A stretch of DNA of 64,000 nt from Eledone cirrhosa. Taxonomy: Eukaryota. Location: NCBI GenBank assembly GCA_964016885.1, contig OZ024743.1, positions 329,716,001-329,780,000 of the forward strand. The letters run 5' to 3'. The translations under genes and the position numbers were made by a program. Positions 60,174 to 64,000 of the stretch are shown in pieces. The notes below the pieces were generated by a model, which did no database searches, had not been told where the DNA came from, and worked only from the letters and a program-made list of their open reading frames with translations. Every line of letters starts with the position of its first letter. Position 1 is the stretch's first letter.

Positions 60174-60682
60174 CTAGCTGAGGTACCCAGCTTCGCCAAG
60201 GTTAACAAATAAGAGAAGACCGGCAGAAGAGAAAACGTCTGTATTGAATGCATTGTCTTGTTTACAGTGTGTGTGTATTGTGTGTGTGTGTATGTTTGTG
60301 TTTGTTTGTGTATATATATGTGTGTGTGAGTGTGAGTATGTGTGTGTGCCTGTGTGAGTGTTCGTGTGTGTGCGTGTGCGCGTGTGTGTGTGTAAACCAC
60401 CGTTGGAATCGGAGACATAGGCCGCGAAACACGATCATCACTGACAACGAACTCGCAGAGAGAATCCCTTATGGTTGATTCTCAGCCTGCTAGATATAGC
60501 AGTCAGGTTCGTTAGCATACGTGGTATGTCTTTCTTCTTCTTTGGTGTTATAAAATTAGTATCAATAAACTTTCCTGGATATACGCTTATCCCAATCCTG
60601 TCACACCTTCGGATTGTCACTTTCCGTTTTTTTCGTGTGATACGCGGAGGAACCAACCAACAAACATCTCTCTTTTATATCT
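60174..60682 (-). mobile_element. Non-autonomous Helitron-like element
   Basis: Minus-strand 3' end ccttggcgaagctgggtacctcagCTAGt (subterminal hairpin plus CTRR). Confidence 0.5.
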
Positions 60683-61039
60683 CTTTTATTTGTTCATTCA
60701 AAATATTTTTCGGCTAATTCTGTCGAACAATATACATCAGTAATCGTTATCTAATGTTTAAAACATATTAATAGCTGCAATATATGCACCATATCAATCA
60801 AAAACGATATGAGAATTGAATATCATACTAAAGCGCCAGTAAGCTTGCTAAGAACCTGCAGATAGAAATGTTAACAACATTTGGCTTGAGTAAACTTTAA
60901 GATGTTCTTTCATTGTAGGTTTCTTTTCTCAGCTAGTACGTTAAAGAAAATTGATAGTTACAACAATAAATGTTGAACAGAGAACACATTTTTTAACAAA
61001 CTTTACAATAATTTGTACAACCATAATGGAAATTCCAAG

Positions 61040-61250
61040 TAACAGAAAATACATAAATAACATTGTTAGAGCCTCAGAGTATACAATATTTTTTGTTCGG
61101 CCCTCGGTAGCAAAGATGAAGAGATTGTTTGGCGAGCTCAACCTAGAGCATCCTACATACACTTGACCATGGTTTTCCCAGATGAAGACCAGCCACTTTT
61201 AGGGTTTGACCCTGAGCTTTGTTGATGGTAATCGCGAAGCTTAGTCTCTC
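61040..61250 (-). mobile_element. Helitron PIF1-type helicase C-terminal fragment
   Basis: RLSFAITINKAQGQTLKVAGLHL...HGQVYVGCSR...TKNIVYSEAL across a frameshift. Confidence 0.8.
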
Positions 61251-61778
61251 TGTTGCTCTAGTAACATTTTTTCTTCTGGAAAATCTGATCTTGCGGCCAG
61301 GCTGGGACTTTTCGGGTGGCATCTCGGCAGTAACAATGACGATAAGCCGTCTGATTTTGTTTTTGTGTATGCAAAAATATCTGTACAAGAATATATAATT
61401 ATATATATATATATTAAAATAACAGATTAAAGTTTAAGCAAAGAATCGTTGCTTTCACCCTTAAGGGGATCTCTGAAACGAAAAAACAAAACAATCTGTG
61501 AACGCAGAAGTAAATATTTCGAAAAACGTTGCAGCCGAAAGAAAACAGGAAGATGATACTTTAGTTGGTGAAGACGTTAGGAATGTCGTATAACTGGAAG
61601 TGTTGACATTTGAACATTTTAAAGAAGTGAATATTTAATCTTTTAACAAAATTCAGTAGACAAAAATACGCCCACTTTCTAATTTGGAAAAAGTTACATG
61701 TATGGTTCAAATTTGGTGGCGTTTGGTCCAGCCGCTTGGCGGAAAGTTTGTTACTTACATACGGCTGTCAGCTTTATA

Positions 61779-61878
<100 letters not shown>

Positions 61879-62036
61879 TATATATATATATATATATATA
61901 TAATTAAAGTGTTCGCTCTAACATAACCGTATACATATAAGTATGAGTATTTTGTATATCTAGTATACACGGTATATCTAGTATATATGGTATGTTTACG
62001 AATAAACATATTGAAAGCCTTCAGCTATGAATTTGA

Positions 62037-62423
62037 AAATTAATCAAGGATATCATATACTCATGCACCGTCACAACTAGCAACTCTTCTGAAACCTATA
62101 TAGGCTCTATTTCAAACTGCTTCAAAACCAGATACAATTCGCACCTCCACTCTTTCAAAAAACACAGTCTAGCCAACTCCACTTCACTATCTAGCTACAT
62201 ACACTTTCTAAAAACTAAAAATAAATCTTATACACTTAAATGGGAAGTGATAGGTAAGGCGACATCGTACAAACCACCTAATAAATTTGGTAACTTCTGT
62301 CTACTAGAGACCCATACTATTATCTTCTCAAACCATAACCTCCTTAATAAAAAATCAGAAGTGTTCGCGTCTTGCCAGCACCGCTTCCGACACTCCTTCC
62401 AAAACTTTAAACCCAATATATAG
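62037..62423 (+). pseudogene. Penelope-type GIY-YIG endonuclease domain (open frame, no ATG)
   Basis: Manual translation KLIKDIIYSCTVTTSNSSETYIGSISNCFKTRYNSHLHSF...TSLSSYIHFLK...LKWEVIGKA..Y...NFCLLE...LLNKKSE...CQH. Confidence 0.85.
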
Positions 62424-63890
62424 CAATGTCAGACTTGAACCCGTCACCACCTCTAGCAACACACCTCAAAGGCACACCTTACACCACATCTCCACACTCA
62501 ATGATCCACCCTATCTTGACACAAATAGTGACATCTATCTAGAACCTTTTACCCTAGAAATATCCACATGTACATCTACTTTTGGTATAATTGCCTTCAA
62601 TTACTTAGACTACATTACACCACTATATAATTAAATGTAAACTTTAAACACTGAATTGCTTGTGCTAATGTTGTTCTGTGTATGGAGTGCCATCATTGGA
62701 TAAATGGAAGATTAATTTATTAACATAAAAGAGCTATATAACCTATATGCTGAGTACAATGAATTATGTACAAGTGATAAATGAGTTATACATATATGTA
62801 TGACTTGATAGTCAGATTAGTGACATTGTAAGTGAGAATTGATCTCTGGTCTACCCTAGAGATATTTAACTTTGCCATGCAATCAGACATGCACTTACCC
62901 AGAGCTTACCAGGGGTTATATATAGACGTGATTCTAATAAAACCCTGCCAGGTTCTGTGGGTAGACTACACTTACAAAGATCATTGATTTGGGGATCTGA
63001 CTCTTCATGTGGTATATTCAGTTGTGGCACTCTATGATAGAGGATAATCATCCTAATATGGACGCCTTTAGTACTTCTTGATAGACTAGACTGTAATTTA
63101 AAGATAGGATACTTAAATTTAGAAACTGTTTATAACCATATATGATAGGGACTCAATTGGGACACCATTTAATGTACATTGGGATAATAAATTTAGTTAT
63201 AGAAATCAGCTAGTTACCTCCCCTCACGCATTAACTCCCCTTAATCACACACACATTTCCGGAAAATAAAACGATGTTAATTCTCGCAACAAAAACGACC
63301 TGCTCTATAAAATTGGATTAAAGAACAACAAGCTGTAATAATCTAACCTAATTCATCAAGCATCCAATACTGAATCATCGTTGATTATGTGAAGGACATA
63401 TAATCTGTATATTACGTTTCCTGGATTGTGAAAATGGTGGTTTATACGAAAACCATAACATTATTTTGCTTCTCATTTTTAATATTTCTCTGCACAAAAG
63501 CTTCTATATCATACATTAAAAATACTTTACCAATACAACCCCCATAATACGCTTGATTGCCCGCTTAAAGTGCTTGTATTCCATATAACACCTTGCCGCA
63601 CTATAATCTTATATAAATAAGACACACGTGCATGTCCCACGTGTAACTATTGCATACACTAACTACTTCAAACTATCCTCTTGCATTATCTTCGTAAACT
63701 GCCGATGTTGTATTTTAACTTTAATTTTGTTTTAATTTTCTTTTAATATGATTTTAATCTTTGAATGTAAATTGCCATGCTAAAATATTATAATGGATGT
63801 CAACCCGCTGTGCATCGATATATACATATGTTTCTGTATGTCTCTTGTGTTGGAAAGGAGGTCATGTATGTAAACAATCATTGAAAAATT

Positions 63891-63935
63891 GCTCCGAAGA
63901 CACCAAACCTCGGTTTGGACGAAACAATTGTAAGC
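63891..63935 (+). ncRNA. Compact hammerhead, U4C core (family E relative)
   Basis: gct-CCGAAGA-caccaaacc/ggtttggac-GAAA-caattg-TA-agc followed by taataaatg, as at 52116-52160. Confidence 0.62.
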
Positions 63936-64000
63936 TAATAAATGGTTTGAACAGAACTTTGATTCATGTAATGTCTATATAACTGCTCTGTAGAACAACT

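Noticed and set aside
63240-63400. L1/Tx1-like C-terminal remnant (ILATK..LLYKIGLK)
   Set aside because: Short, frameshifted similarity; insufficient without a database search

Overview
This is repeat-dominated, AT-rich eukaryotic (animal) DNA. The microsatellite, SINE and LINE landscape is most consistent with a mollusc, probably a cephalopod, but this is inference only. No host gene can be supported, and nearly all ORFs in the track are microsatellite translations. Real coding content is retroelement-derived. It includes three R4/Dong-type RLE non-LTR retrotransposons associated with (TAA)n (one decayed full-length, one 5'-truncated with a fold-back, one intact 1130-aa ORF), a CR1/L2-like LINE, RTE and CRE-like fragments, Helitron remnants, and two Penelope-type GIY-YIG endonuclease segments absent from the ORF track. 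The main hidden signal is a dense set of about 10 type I hammerhead ribozyme motifs read by eye on both strands. They sit in short cassettes next to (TA)n. Two carry the compensatory U3:A8 core (TTGATAA) and three carry a U4C core (CCGANGA). At least four families show inverted duplications that turn around at or near hammerhead stem II. There are also several minisatellites and a ~2.8-kb near-identical duplication across an N gap that is probably an assembly or haplotype artefact. Element boundaries are approximate.
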